Numbered from the stretch's first letter, positions 18,294 through 28,125 are shown. The stretch: DNA of 64,000 bases from Candidatus Woesearchaeota archaeon (GCA_023898365.1 CP060219.1:133743-197742); one strand, 5' to 3'. A program made the numbers and translations. The notes: generated from the sequence alone by a model not told the origin.

Positions 18294-20267
18294 ATGAAAC
18301 AAGTTATTATGCTCATGACGTTGGTTGTTGTGCTTCTCTCATACGGAGTCATTGCAAGCCAAGGCGATCAGCACAGAACTGATCCAGACATCTCATTTAT
18401 TGCAGTGCTCGACGATGTGGCAAGCACACAAAGCACAACAGGAACACTTACTATTACCACTACGGGCGAAGCGACCTTTATTGTAACGCTTTCCGCGGGA
18501 ACACTTGAAGGAGCCTGCACCATTAGTGACATTTCTCTCTCACAAGAAGAATTTACCTTTGTGAATGCAAGCACAGAAGAAGTCAATATCAGCGTTTCCT
18601 TACCAGCATGTGCTGCCCGAGGAAACTACACGGGACACTTGTATGCTGACGTTGACATTACAACTAATGAAACTGGCTACATCTACACAGACAACATCTC
18701 AGTAACACTCGAAGTCCTTAATCGAGCACCAGTTATTCAAGCCATTGCAGACATAACTAACCAATCTGGAAGTGCGTTTAGCATGCAAGTTGAAGCATCA
18801 GACGTTGACGGAGATGACTTAACCTATTCACTGAGCGGCACCACCGCATTAAGTATTAATCAAGAGGGACTTCTTGTCGGCACAGTTCCAGAAGGAGCAA
18901 CCACCATCGAAGTGCAAGTAAGTGACGGCACTGTTAGCGTCAGCGACACCTTCGTGTTAACCGGCACGTACCAAGGTAAACGCTTACAAACAAGCACCGC
19001 AACTCTCTTTGTTGGGGGCCCAAGCCAAGACAGAGAAACGAACTTGAGTTTCAGTTTTACCTTAAGCAACACCGGCACAGAAACCATTACGAATTTGCTA
19101 TACGGAAACAATATTGACAGCGAATATGCATTTGCATTTACGAGTGGTCCTAGCTCTCTTGCCCCAGGAGCTCAAGCTCTAGTCACAGGATATATCTACA
19201 TTCCTGACTCTAAAGACTCTGAGCGAGAACAAATCGGCATCATTGCCATAGGAGACGAAACATCAATTCTTGTCACACTCCCAGTCGATATGCAAGCAGT
19301 TTCTGAAGCAGAAATTAAGAAGCTTAAAGTGGAAACCTCACTTGAAGAAGACACCAGCGTGCAAGATGATGAGAAAGTAAAAGCACGTATCGGAGACGAA
19401 GTGACAGTCACCATCACTGTTAAAAATAAATTTAATGAAAATATTGACTTCGAAGACATCACCATTACACTTATCAGCGAAGACTTAAATGATCTCGACG
19501 AAGAAGATAGTTTTGGCGACACCATCAGAGACGGCAAAGATGAAACATTCACCATGACCTTTGACATCGATGAAGATCAAAATGATGGCGAAAACAGAGT
19601 GACTGTTCTTGTTGAAGCTGAAGATGAAAATGGAGCCATCCACACTGTCGAGCAAGACTTCATTATTGATATTAATCAAGAAGATGAAGATTATCGTATT
19701 GATGGATTCACTTTGACGCCACTTACTGTGCAGTGCGGTGGAACGATGACGGTTCGCGCAGATATTGACAATATTGGTGCAGATGATGTTGATCGCGGCA
19801 TGGTTATTTTCAGTGTTGCAGATTTGAATATTGAGCGAGTCAACAACGATGTAAGCATTGATTTTGATGACTCAGACACCATCACGTTCAGTGTTCCAAT
19901 CCCTGCAAACGCTGCGCCAGGATCATATCTTGCAGAAGTTTCAGCATATATCGGCCTTGATCGAGATGATGATTTAACCGATTCTGAAGCAACACAATTT
20001 ATTGTGACGTGCAATGATGATCAGACGTCAACAAACAACAATAACAACCAACAGACGCAAGGAAACACCGGAAACTCAGGCATTGTCTTATTAGATCAAG
20101 ATAATGAAGCATTACAAGAGCTTGTCGGCGTTAGTGCAACAGGAACAGAAAGAAAGGACGCGTCAAGTGGCATTGACACAACAGAAGTGATTCTCTTCGC
20201 TCTTGTTGTTTTAATGATCATTGTGATCTTGCTTCTAGCTGTTAATCTTATGCGTCAAAAAAAGTAG
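18294..20267 (+). CDS. Large acidic surface protein with cadherin/Ig-like repeat signature and C-terminal TM anchor
   Basis: The protein has a signal peptide. The DVDGDDLTYSLSG motif is typical of dystroglycan-type cadherin-like or putative Ig domains. A T/N/Q-rich linker precedes the C-terminal TM ILFALVVLMIIVILLLAV and the basic tail RQKK. Confidence 0.6.
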   Translation: MKQVIMLMTLVVVLLSYGVIASQGDQHRTDPDISFIAVLDDVASTQSTTGTLTITTTGEATFIVTLSAGTLEGACTISDISLSQEEFTFVNASTEEVNISVSLPACAARGNYTGHLYADVDITTNETGYIYTDNISVTLEVLNRAPVIQAIADITNQSGSAFSMQVEASDVDGDDLTYSLSGTTALSINQEGLLVGTVPEGATTIEVQVSDGTVSVSDTFVLTGTYQGKRLQTSTATLFVGGPSQDRETNLSFSFTLSNTGTETITNLLYGNNIDSEYAFAFTSGPSSLAPGAQALVTGYIYIPDSKDSEREQIGIIAIGDETSILVTLPVDMQAVSEAEIKKLKVETSLEEDTSVQDDEKVKARIGDEVTVTITVKNKFNENIDFEDITITLISEDLNDLDEEDSFGDTIRDGKDETFTMTFDIDEDQNDGENRVTVLVEAEDENGAIHTVEQDFIIDINQEDEDYRIDGFTLTPLTVQCGGTMTVRADIDNIGADDVDRGMVIFSVADLNIERVNNDVSIDFDDSDTITFSVPIPANAAPGSYLAEVSAYIGLDRDDDLTDSEATQFIVTCNDDQTSTNNNNNQQTQGNTGNSGIVLLDQDNEALQELVGVSATGTERKDASSGIDTTEVILFALVVLMIIVILLLAVNLMRQKK

Positions 20268-20330
20268 GGTTGATTGTAAGCAGATTTTTTTTTAATTTTT
20301 TTCTTTCTCTTTCTTTTTGTTCCAGCCCTT
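20268..20330 (+). terminator. T-rich tract downstream of the surface-protein gene (terminator candidate)
   Basis: The tract ttttttttaatttttttctttctctttctttttg lies immediately after the stop codon. Confidence 0.35.
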
Positions 20331-21879
20331 ACAGAACAAAACACTTATATACACGATTCGTCCTTTTTTTCTCAGAATGGTGTTGTCGCAGAAAATTCTG
20401 CTTGGCCTCATCGCTGTTGTGAGCGTTACGTGTGTGTATCTTCTTATCGAAATAGTTTTTACGCCAACACTTACTGCTCATGTAATTACTGCATATGGCG
20501 GAGAAATAACCCAGATGAATGTCCATCTTGACACCGTGTATCAAAATGATTGGTGGTTTGCAGTCTATGGCAACATTACGAACACCACAAACAGCACAAA
20601 TATGACTACAAATTCTGCATCAAATGTTGTTGGCGCGACATTATATGTTAATTGGACGGCGTTTTTTGATAATCTTACTGAAGACCGGTATACTAATCTT
20701 AACTTATTTGCTTCAACGCATGAGAATCCAGATCTTACAAATCTTTGGCCCGTTCACCCCGCATGGGCAGATGTGCTTGTGTATGGATTTAACTGGCAAG
20801 ATGGTCGCTCAAATATGGGAACGTTTACCACGTTTCATGATTTCACCATAAACAGTCAGCTTCGTTCCTTATATAGCACGCGCACCAACAGCGTTGAAGG
20901 AGAGTATTGGGTGGGCATTGCGCGCGATGCAACAAACAATAAACCAGTCTTTGTAACTGAGATTGTAAATGGATCGGGATTTGATGGATCTCATGCAGAC
21001 TTCCAATTGATTCTTCCGGTCAACAGTACAAACATTACCTACTACTTTTCTTTTGCAAAAAAAATAGATGCTCTCTTGAATTGCACTGAAGACTTTGAAC
21101 TTAACGCCTCATTACTCGATGATAATCAGACGGTTCAGCTTAATTGGACAAATGTTACAGGAGCTACAAGTTATACGCTTTCTGTGCTTACGGGAAATGT
21201 AACAACCGCTCCTGATTTCAGAAATGCAACGAACAACTCGCTTGCAAACCCTTGGTTTACGTACGTTGATACAGGAACAGAAACTACCTTCTTTCAAGTG
21301 ACCGCCCATAAAGGCATTCAGTCATGCACCTATAACAACACGCTGGCAGGAATCTACAATATCAACACCTACGAAGGTCTCAATCTGGTAAGTGTTCCCG
21401 TCATTCCTGTTGATCCTACAATCGAAGAAGTGTTTAAGACCATTGATGAGTTATATGTTACCATTAATGAATATGACAACTCCATTCAAGATTATCATTT
21501 TTATATTCGTGTTGGCGGTTTTGTTTTTCAAGACTTTTACACCATCAATAAGGACTTTGGCTATTGGATGCTAACAGAAAATGCTGATGGCGTAGCTACA
21601 GTTGTTGGAGCAGTCACGCAACAAAAGAATGAAGCGTTACTCCCAGGAGTTAGCCTTGTCGTGTTCCCAACTCCTCCTGACGAAAATCACACCGTAGAAA
21701 ATAGATTTTCATCAGTGTTTCCAAATCTTTCTACTATTAACGAATATGAGAACAGCATCCACGATTATCACTTTTACATTCTTGTTTCAGGATTTGTGTT
21801 TCAAGACTTTTACAACGCGATTCCAACGAGAGGTTATTGGACGGTACTTACTGGTGCAGACACCATGGTGATTTCATGA
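20317..21879 (+). CDS. N-terminally anchored, heavily N-glycosylation-sequon-rich surface protein with internal tandem repeat
   Basis: The N-terminal TM is LGLIAVVSVTCVYLLIEIVF. More than 20 NxT/S sequons are present. Two copies of a ~50-aa unit occur: INEY(D/E)NSI(Q/H)DYHFYI.V.GFVFQDFY....GYW. Confidence 0.55.
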   Translation: MFQPLQNKTLIYTIRPFFLRMVLSQKILLGLIAVVSVTCVYLLIEIVFTPTLTAHVITAYGGEITQMNVHLDTVYQNDWWFAVYGNITNTTNSTNMTTNSASNVVGATLYVNWTAFFDNLTEDRYTNLNLFASTHENPDLTNLWPVHPAWADVLVYGFNWQDGRSNMGTFTTFHDFTINSQLRSLYSTRTNSVEGEYWVGIARDATNNKPVFVTEIVNGSGFDGSHADFQLILPVNSTNITYYFSFAKKIDALLNCTEDFELNASLLDDNQTVQLNWTNVTGATSYTLSVLTGNVTTAPDFRNATNNSLANPWFTYVDTGTETTFFQVTAHKGIQSCTYNNTLAGIYNINTYEGLNLVSVPVIPVDPTIEEVFKTIDELYVTINEYDNSIQDYHFYIRVGGFVFQDFYTINKDFGYWMLTENADGVATVVGAVTQQKNEALLPGVSLVVFPTPPDENHTVENRFSSVFPNLSTINEYENSIHDYHFYILVSGFVFQDFYNAIPTRGYWTVLTGADTMVIS

Positions 21880-22526
21880 AAACAATACTAGGCGCGATCT
21901 TATTTTTGCTATTTGTTGCAAGTAGCTTTGCATTTCTTCCCACACCGTTTAATATTGTTGGCACCTATTCTCCTGGCCAAACAGTCACCATCCAACTTGA
22001 AAGTGGGAATCAATTGTTCGAGAAAGAATTCGTTGTGAACGCTGAAGGGTATTATGCGGGCGTTATCTCACTTCCCAGCCAAGAAGATGTTTCAGTGCTT
22101 GTTCGCAATAGTGCAGGAGATATTATTTTTGAAAATGAGGATGTTAATCCATGGAATATGCACATATGGTATTTTGAAAACGGTAATGTTCGTGATGAAT
22201 CCATTCCTGTTGAAAAACCAATTGTTGACTCCTATTTTGTTGACGTAACAGCTCTTGCTCGAGAAACAGACCCCTCGAAACCTTCTCAGGAAACAAATGC
22301 ACTGCGTGATCAATACGCATTCGATATATCTGAACCTCCCGAGGAACTCCTGCAAGAACAGGATCCAACATTCATCATCAAGGGAAGTGCAGAGCACGTT
22401 TCAGGGTATAGTGACAAGACACCGTATTTGTTCATCGTTCTTCTTCTCTTTTTGCTTCTCTTAGTAAACACCTATATCAAGGACCGAGCAACTCCTTCTG
22501 AATTGTTTGAAGATAGATCTAACTAG
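21837..22526 (+). CDS. Surface protein with signal peptide and C-terminal TM anchor (true start probably the Met at 21876)
   Basis: The signal MKTILGAILFLLFVASSFA begins 13 aa into the ORF. The C-terminal TM is YLFIVLLLFLLLLVN. Confidence 0.5.
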   Translation: MDGTYWCRHHGDFMKTILGAILFLLFVASSFAFLPTPFNIVGTYSPGQTVTIQLESGNQLFEKEFVVNAEGYYAGVISLPSQEDVSVLVRNSAGDIIFENEDVNPWNMHIWYFENGNVRDESIPVEKPIVDSYFVDVTALARETDPSKPSQETNALRDQYAFDISEPPEELLQEQDPTFIIKGSAEHVSGYSDKTPYLFIVLLLFLLLLVNTYIKDRATPSELFEDRSN

Positions 22527-22529
22527 ATC

Positions 22530-22694
22530 GAATAATTCTTATTTAACGAAAAAAACATAAATTTACATAATTTTTAATTATATCTTAATTATTCACTAAT
22601 TATCCATATTTTCATAAAATCAAATAATAACTATTATTTTCTAAAAATATCATAAAAAGAAAACTTTATAAAGGTAAAAGTTGAGTTCACCCAT
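22530..22694 (+). promoter_or_regulatory. Long AT-rich intergenic region upstream of the wHTH regulator/giant surface protein gene pair (promoter region candidate)
   Basis: About 165 bp with more than 80% A+T contain multiple TATA-like elements (tttataaaggtaaaag immediately upstream of the ATG region). Confidence 0.35.
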
Positions 22695-23246
22695 ATGAAA
22701 TTAACTAGCACGAAGACACTGCCCGTGCTCCTCTCCTTATTTGAATCATTCTCCTTCACACAAACAAGTATCCACGAAGCAACAGGCGTATCTCTTGGTC
22801 GCATCAACGCCATCCTCAAATGGCTTATCGACAAAGAAATCGTGATAAAAATGACAGGAACCTACGAACTCACTCAACCCAATCGGCTTGCAGAACTCAT
22901 CGCGACCGAACTCTCACTAAAAAAGCAACAATCATTCTACATCGACCTACCAAAAAAAGAAGCGCTAGAACTTGTTAGACAAACAAAAGCACAACTGTGT
23001 TCATTTAGCCTCGCAGGCGCATTCAAAAAAGAACTAGACACACCAGAAATCCATGCATTTGGAAATGAAAAATTAACAGCAAAACTCAAAACAATCCCTC
23101 GAGGAGAACACAAACTAAATCTCTACGAACCAAACAATCTCTCATCAGAAGAAACATTCACGTCACTTGTCATACAATTCTCAATCCTAGGACAAACCAA
23201 ACTCCTTGAAAAACAAATACTAACAAAATGGAAAACACTCCAATAA
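22695..23246 (+). CDS. Winged-helix (HTH) DNA-binding protein, putative transcription regulator
   Basis: The N-terminal ~70 aa (LPVLLSLFESFSFTQTSIHEATGVSLGRINAILKWLIDKEIVIKMTGTYELTQ) have the pattern of a wHTH of the TrmB/MarR/ArsR kind. The 3' end overlaps the start of the giant gene by 19 nt. Confidence 0.5.
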   Translation: MKLTSTKTLPVLLSLFESFSFTQTSIHEATGVSLGRINAILKWLIDKEIVIKMTGTYELTQPNRLAELIATELSLKKQQSFYIDLPKKEALELVRQTKAQLCSFSLAGAFKKELDTPEIHAFGNEKLTAKLKTIPRGEHKLNLYEPNNLSSEETFTSLVIQFSILGQTKLLEKQILTKWKTLQ

Positions 23247-26200
23247 AAAAAGAGGTGAACCGCGAGAGTGTTCTTGCACTACTCCTACTTCTAGTTCTCA
23301 CACTCCCTTCAATAACTGCACTCCCACTTAACTATGGAGGAAGCGTCATGGGAGAATGCCGCGAGTTTGCCATAGTCAACATGTCATTTTTCTCATCAGG
23401 AAATGTAGGCAATCCCGCGTTCAGGCTAGGAAGTCAATTAGCGTATGCCAACAGCGTAGGTGTCTTTGGAAATGCGACCTCCTACAACGAAATAACAAAT
23501 CCAACCGTGGACGTCCAATTTCGAGTAACAAACCCCTCCTGTAGCGCAAGCGCAACAGGAACAAACACCTCAACAGGACATAACCTTGCTAATCCAGCCA
23601 TATTCAACGTATTAAGTACAAACCCTGTAAGCCTTATTACCCCAATAAATGGCAATGCGCAAACAACAAATCTTACGGTCTTCGATTGGACGCACACGCA
23701 TCCAACCGCATCATACATGCTTCTTATCAGCAACACCACTAACTTCGCAGTACTTGAAAGAAATATTACGGGCATAGCAGCAACCACCTATACCTTCAAC
23801 AGTTCTGAAGCACTTAATGACGGCACGTATTATTGGCGCATCATGACCTACAACAGAACAGAATACATGGCAACTTCAAGCTACGCATCCTGGCAAGTAG
23901 CAGCAGGAGCCGCATCACTTACCAGTATCACCCCCGCAAATACCTCCTGGCAATCAAGCACCACTATTAGTGCAACCGTTATCACTAACATTCCAGCGAC
24001 ATGCGCCTATTCCCAAACATCAGGAAGTTATGCAAGTAAGACGCCCATGTCAAACACGGGTGGAACAACACACACTACCACGCTTACTGCATATCAAGAA
24101 GGAAGAAATTATTTCTACTTTCAATGTAACACCTCGGTTGTTAGTCAAGAACGAACCCATTACTTCCTCGTCGACACCACCGCTCCCGATAGAACTGCTG
24201 CAGTCCTTCACATAGAAAATGATGCAACATACACAAACGACACCACCCTTAGTCTTAACTGGTCAGGATTCAGTGACGGAACAAACGGAAGCGGCATTAA
24301 TCGCTATTACTATTCATTTACCAATTCGGGAGGAAGCGCAATTGGAACCTGGACAGGATTTACCACGATAACACTTGCAGGAGCAACGGAAGGAACCGAA
24401 CAAGTTTATGTGTGGGCAAGGGACGCTGCGGGAAACATAGGACTTGCAGCAACAGATTCCATCATAGTTGACACGACTCCCCCATCCATGGGAAGCTGGA
24501 GTACGAGTCCCGCCGACTTAACAAAGTACTCAACAGGAAGCTTCACAGTGACGGTCACCATTACCGATTCGACGCCCCTCAACGGACTTCCCCAATTCAG
24601 GTATAGAGTTGGAAATGATACCTACAGCGCATATGCTGCCACAACCAGCCTTGGCAGCGACAGATATCGATTCTCAATACCTGAAGGCAGCGGTGCAAAT
24701 TCGTGGTGGAACAGGGCAGGAGACTACGTGTACTACGACGTTATTGCGTACGATACTTTTAATGAGTTAACTAATCTTACCAGAAGTGAATTTATTAACA
24801 ATCAAACAACAGCACCGGTCTTTCACAGCATAAGCGCAAAAAGTATGCTTGAAGACACGACCCTTACCTTTAACTTAACAGGAGTTGACGTTGATTTTAA
24901 TTATCTGACGTACGGCATTGTTACCAACACAACAGACCTTGATTACACCATCACCGCAATCAACGCCACGAGAAGTAGCGTAAGCATCAGTGCAGAAAAT
25001 GATGATGTTGGAACGCACACCTTGCAATTTTATGTTACTGACCAAATCTATACGATTTATCGCAACGTCACCCTTACCGTTATCAACGTCAATGATGCGC
25101 CCGTTCTTTCATCAATTGGAAACCTCGTAGGTTACCAAGGAGCTTATTTCAATCTAACGCTTAACGCATCAGATGTGGATGATACCACACTCATCTTCTC
25201 ATCAAACTCAACTTTTTTTAGCGTTAATCCAATAACTGGTCACTTCGGATTCACGCCGCTCGCATCAAACAGAGGAGTACACTCACTTGTCTTTCGTGTT
25301 CGTGATGGCAGCAATGCAGAAGATAACGAGACCGTGACGTTCACTGTAAATTACTGCGGCAACAATATTTGCGAAGCAGCTTATGAAACCTGCGGTCGCT
25401 GCGCTGTAGATTGTGGGGTGTGCGGTGATGAAGAATCCAAAGCCCTCCTTATTGAACCAGTAAACTGCGTCAATAAAACAATGACAATAGAAGTTGCAAA
25501 ACTTGTCGAGCGAGGAACTTGCTATCCACGAGGAGAAATTATTCGCAACATGGAAGTATGTGGAAGAATCGCAAGCGAAACCATATCAGTCAGTGTCTAC
25601 GATGAAGATGTCTGGGTGGAACTTGAAGAAGTAACAAGCGACGTTACTGGCGCAATCAGTTGGACACCAACAGAAGTAGGACTGCACAAACTCTCCTTTT
25701 CATCAGGAAGTTATGAAGAAGTCGAATTTACCACAAACTATTGCGGCAAAGAAGAAACTAGTTCGAGCGTTACGCAAACAAGTGATGAAGAAACAGACAA
25801 TACGAAAAAAAACACAGGATCAGACGCGACTTCGCCAACCGCCCCTGATAGGAACGCTTCGCTTGATGGAAACAGCAGATGGTTCTGGTGGACATTATTT
25901 ACCATCTTATTCTTACTTGCGGCCTATCGCATCATAAAACTTGCCTACATTAATTTGGTGCGATCAAACAAAACAAACATATTTGTCAAGTCAGTGGATT
26001 GGTTAATCAAGCTCTACTTCCTTGCAAGCATTCAAACAAACCAATTCCTTGACGATAATCCAAAAGTAAAACATCAAGTGAAAAAGATGAAACGAGCTTT
26101 GCACACAGGAATTGAGTTTTCTGCAGCACTCGCTGCCTCGCTTAAAGCAAGACTTAACTTATTTACTAAAGTCAATGTGCCCTTTTTTGCCATGAATGGA

Positions 26201-26572
26201 GAAGGAGAAGCATCTCTTCTTGTCGCCATATCATTAATGAAAATGAACAGCAAGGATTCGCTTGGCACTTTGTTCGACCGTCTCGGAGGAGCAAAAGTGC
26301 ACACTCTCCAAGCATTATGCGCCACACTTCGCGCACAAGGCATTAATGCCATGTTACGTACAGGAACACTGATCGACATCAAGACAGGTATTGACATGAA
26401 CGAAGCATGCGTTCTTGACAATGGTAAAACAAGACTTATCATCATGGGATATGATACGAATGTTGTCTATGCCCACGACTACGAAAACGGCATCAAATGC
26501 AGGAAAATACCTGATGACGATCTTGAGCGCAATTGGAATGGCGCATTCATTGCAGTAAAAAAAAGAAGGTAG
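23228..26572 (+). CDS. Giant (1114 aa) surface protein: signal peptide, multiple Ig/cadherin-like beta domains, Cys-rich DUF4215-like motif, single TM, cytoplasmic C39 peptidase-like (degenerate) C-terminal domain
   Basis: The signal peptide is LALLLLLVLTLPSITA. The protein is T/S/N-rich with many NxT/S sequons. A Cys cluster NYCGNNICEAAYETCGRCAVDCGVCG is present. The TM WFWWTLFTILFLLAAYRIIKL is followed by about 210 aa. The pattern ...ASLLVAISLM...RLIIMGYDTNVVYAHDYENG...WNGAFIAV resembles the C39 bacteriocin-processing peptidase domain, but the catalytic Cys and His are replaced. Confidence 0.6.
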   Translation: MENTPIKKEVNRESVLALLLLLVLTLPSITALPLNYGGSVMGECREFAIVNMSFFSSGNVGNPAFRLGSQLAYANSVGVFGNATSYNEITNPTVDVQFRVTNPSCSASATGTNTSTGHNLANPAIFNVLSTNPVSLITPINGNAQTTNLTVFDWTHTHPTASYMLLISNTTNFAVLERNITGIAATTYTFNSSEALNDGTYYWRIMTYNRTEYMATSSYASWQVAAGAASLTSITPANTSWQSSTTISATVITNIPATCAYSQTSGSYASKTPMSNTGGTTHTTTLTAYQEGRNYFYFQCNTSVVSQERTHYFLVDTTAPDRTAAVLHIENDATYTNDTTLSLNWSGFSDGTNGSGINRYYYSFTNSGGSAIGTWTGFTTITLAGATEGTEQVYVWARDAAGNIGLAATDSIIVDTTPPSMGSWSTSPADLTKYSTGSFTVTVTITDSTPLNGLPQFRYRVGNDTYSAYAATTSLGSDRYRFSIPEGSGANSWWNRAGDYVYYDVIAYDTFNELTNLTRSEFINNQTTAPVFHSISAKSMLEDTTLTFNLTGVDVDFNYLTYGIVTNTTDLDYTITAINATRSSVSISAENDDVGTHTLQFYVTDQIYTIYRNVTLTVINVNDAPVLSSIGNLVGYQGAYFNLTLNASDVDDTTLIFSSNSTFFSVNPITGHFGFTPLASNRGVHSLVFRVRDGSNAEDNETVTFTVNYCGNNICEAAYETCGRCAVDCGVCGDEESKALLIEPVNCVNKTMTIEVAKLVERGTCYPRGEIIRNMEVCGRIASETISVSVYDEDVWVELEEVTSDVTGAISWTPTEVGLHKLSFSSGSYEEVEFTTNYCGKEETSSSVTQTSDEETDNTKKNTGSDATSPTAPDRNASLDGNSRWFWWTLFTILFLLAAYRIIKLAYINLVRSNKTNIFVKSVDWLIKLYFLASIQTNQFLDDNPKVKHQVKKMKRALHTGIEFSAALAASLKARLNLFTKVNVPFFAMNGEGEASLLVAISLMKMNSKDSLGTLFDRLGGAKVHTLQALCATLRAQGINAMLRTGTLIDIKTGIDMNEACVLDNGKTRLIIMGYDTNVVYAHDYENGIKCRKIPDDDLERNWNGAFIAVKKRR

Positions 26573-26577
26573 AATCA

Positions 26578-26742
26578 ATGCAAACAAAAGCTAAAGATGC
26601 TGACTTGTGGAAGTTAGGCTTTCTAGGTTTCCTTGGCATGCTTGGCTTACTAGGAATCGCAACAGACAATCCAGGATTTATGGGCTTCTTTGGTTTCTTT
26701 GCCTTTTTTGCATTCTTTGGACTTAAGAAATCAAACACATAA
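26578..26742 (+). CDS. Small Gly/Phe-rich double-TM membrane peptide (54 aa)
   Basis: The SD-like GAAGGT lies 8 nt upstream of the ATG. The translation is MQTKAKDADLWKLGFLGFLGMLGLLGIATDNPGFMGFFGFFAFFAFFGLKKSNT. It lies immediately downstream of the giant gene. Confidence 0.45.
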   Translation: MQTKAKDADLWKLGFLGFLGMLGLLGIATDNPGFMGFFGFFAFFAFFGLKKSNT

Positions 26743-26814
26743 GATGCAAAAGATCAATCTATTTCTAGAACGAGTTATATTAGGAAAACTCGAAGAGTTA
26801 GTTTGTCAAAAAAA

Positions 26815-28008
26815 CTAATACACATAATCCATCAAATATACAACTGCACTATCAGATTGGGGAAACACAGAAAGAAGGGTTATTTCATAGCCGAAGAATT
26901 GTTCTGTTTGACCAATAGTGAGAACATCAGACTGTGAACGACCATAGGCATCAGTTACCCTGAGCACAGCAGAATTATTATTTGTAGCATTAAGCACCAC
27001 TTCATGATCAAGGAAGAACGCAGGTTGGTGTTCGACAAGCGTGACGTTTATCATTTGTGTTGGGGGAGGTAAGAGTTCGTAAGTTAAATCTGCAATTTCT
27101 GCATTATGTTCTAAACCAAGCGCGTCAACGCCAGATAAAGATAAAAGATAAGTTCCCTCGTTTTGATCGCCCCACGGATAACTTTGATCTGCCCATTGGG
27201 TGTACGTGTAGGTTGGCACGGGAAGGGAAAGCGTTCGATAGTAATGGTTGACCCCAATATTTGTTTCTCTTAGTCCATCTACTTGGCCAAAACTTGATTG
27301 CCAAGAAGTATCAAGATAGGTTAATGGTGTTGAGACTTCGTAATTGAACGTGATGTTAACAAGTGCACCAGGAGGTAAGAGAAGTGCAGGTTCTGAAAAT
27401 GGAGGAGTAACTTGGTGAACTTCTCCCGTAACAAAATTGGTGATGCGAACGCGTTGAATCTGCATGAACAATTCGTTTTCTCGAGCATAAAGCCATTCGT
27501 TTACAAAATTGTTTTGAGAATCAATATCCTGCTTATTTAGTAAAGATGCCTCAATATAATAAGAGGAATTTGTTTCGTTGGTAAAGTTGCACACTCCAAG
27601 TTCTTGGAGAACAGTAACCTCATCACCTTGACGAAGTGTTTGAGAAAAGACGAGGTTTGACGTAGTGAGTTCGTCCGATTGCGGGCAGCCACTAATAAGC
27701 TCATAACGAGAACCTGCAGCAATAACTGAAGAACCTACATTTGCGAATTTGATGCGAGCTTGAGGAACGGGATTGGCTGGATCGATTCGGTGATCGAAGT
27801 TAACTGTTTCTATGGCTAAATCATACAGCCTTGTTGGGGCAATTTCTTCCCCACCAGGCAGCCTCGTTTGAGCAGCCACGTCAACACGCAACGCGTTTCC
27901 TGCAAGATTACCGTCTTGTTGTGAAAAGAAAGCTAAGAACACACCTACAAGAGCAACTAGTCCGACAAGACCAACAAATCCAAAAAATGACGAATTATGC
28001 GATATCAT
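26815..28008 (-). CDS. N-terminally anchored surface protein, 397 aa
   Basis: The N-terminal hydrophobic segment is HNSSFFGFVGLVGLVALVGVFLAFF. The remainder is beta-rich with no recognised motifs. Confidence 0.5.
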   Translation of the reverse strand: MISHNSSFFGFVGLVGLVALVGVFLAFFSQQDGNLAGNALRVDVAAQTRLPGGEEIAPTRLYDLAIETVNFDHRIDPANPVPQARIKFANVGSSVIAAGSRYELISGCPQSDELTTSNLVFSQTLRQGDEVTVLQELGVCNFTNETNSSYYIEASLLNKQDIDSQNNFVNEWLYARENELFMQIQRVRITNFVTGEVHQVTPPFSEPALLLPPGALVNITFNYEVSTPLTYLDTSWQSSFGQVDGLRETNIGVNHYYRTLSLPVPTYTYTQWADQSYPWGDQNEGTYLLSLSGVDALGLEHNAEIADLTYELLPPPTQMINVTLVEHQPAFFLDHEVVLNATNNNSAVLRVTDAYGRSQSDVLTIGQTEQFFGYEITLLSVFPQSDSAVVYLMDYVY

Positions 28009-28035
28009 AAGCGTTCTCTTCCCGAAGCAATTTAC

Positions 28036-28125
28036 CTAAGATAAGTATAAGACAATGATTGCAACGACCGCAACGACTGCCACAAAACCCACGTAGGCAA
28101 AAAATGACGAATTATGTTCAATCAT
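28036..28125 (-). CDS. 29-aa hydrophobic peptide paralogous to the N-terminus of the downstream 397-aa protein
   Basis: The translation is MIEHNSSFFAYVGFVAVVAVVAIIVLYLS; the downstream protein begins MISHNSSFFGFVGLVGLVALVGVFLAFF. GAGGGTG lies a few nt upstream of the ATG. Confidence 0.4.
   Translation of the reverse strand: MIEHNSSFFAYVGFVAVVAVVAIIVLYLS

Noticed and set aside
26533-26577. Upstream extension of the small GF-rich ORF (the ORF track starts at 26533)
   Set aside because: The extension overlaps the end of the giant gene and lacks an SD. The internal ATG at 26578 has GAAGGT 8 nt upstream and begins right after the giant gene's stop.
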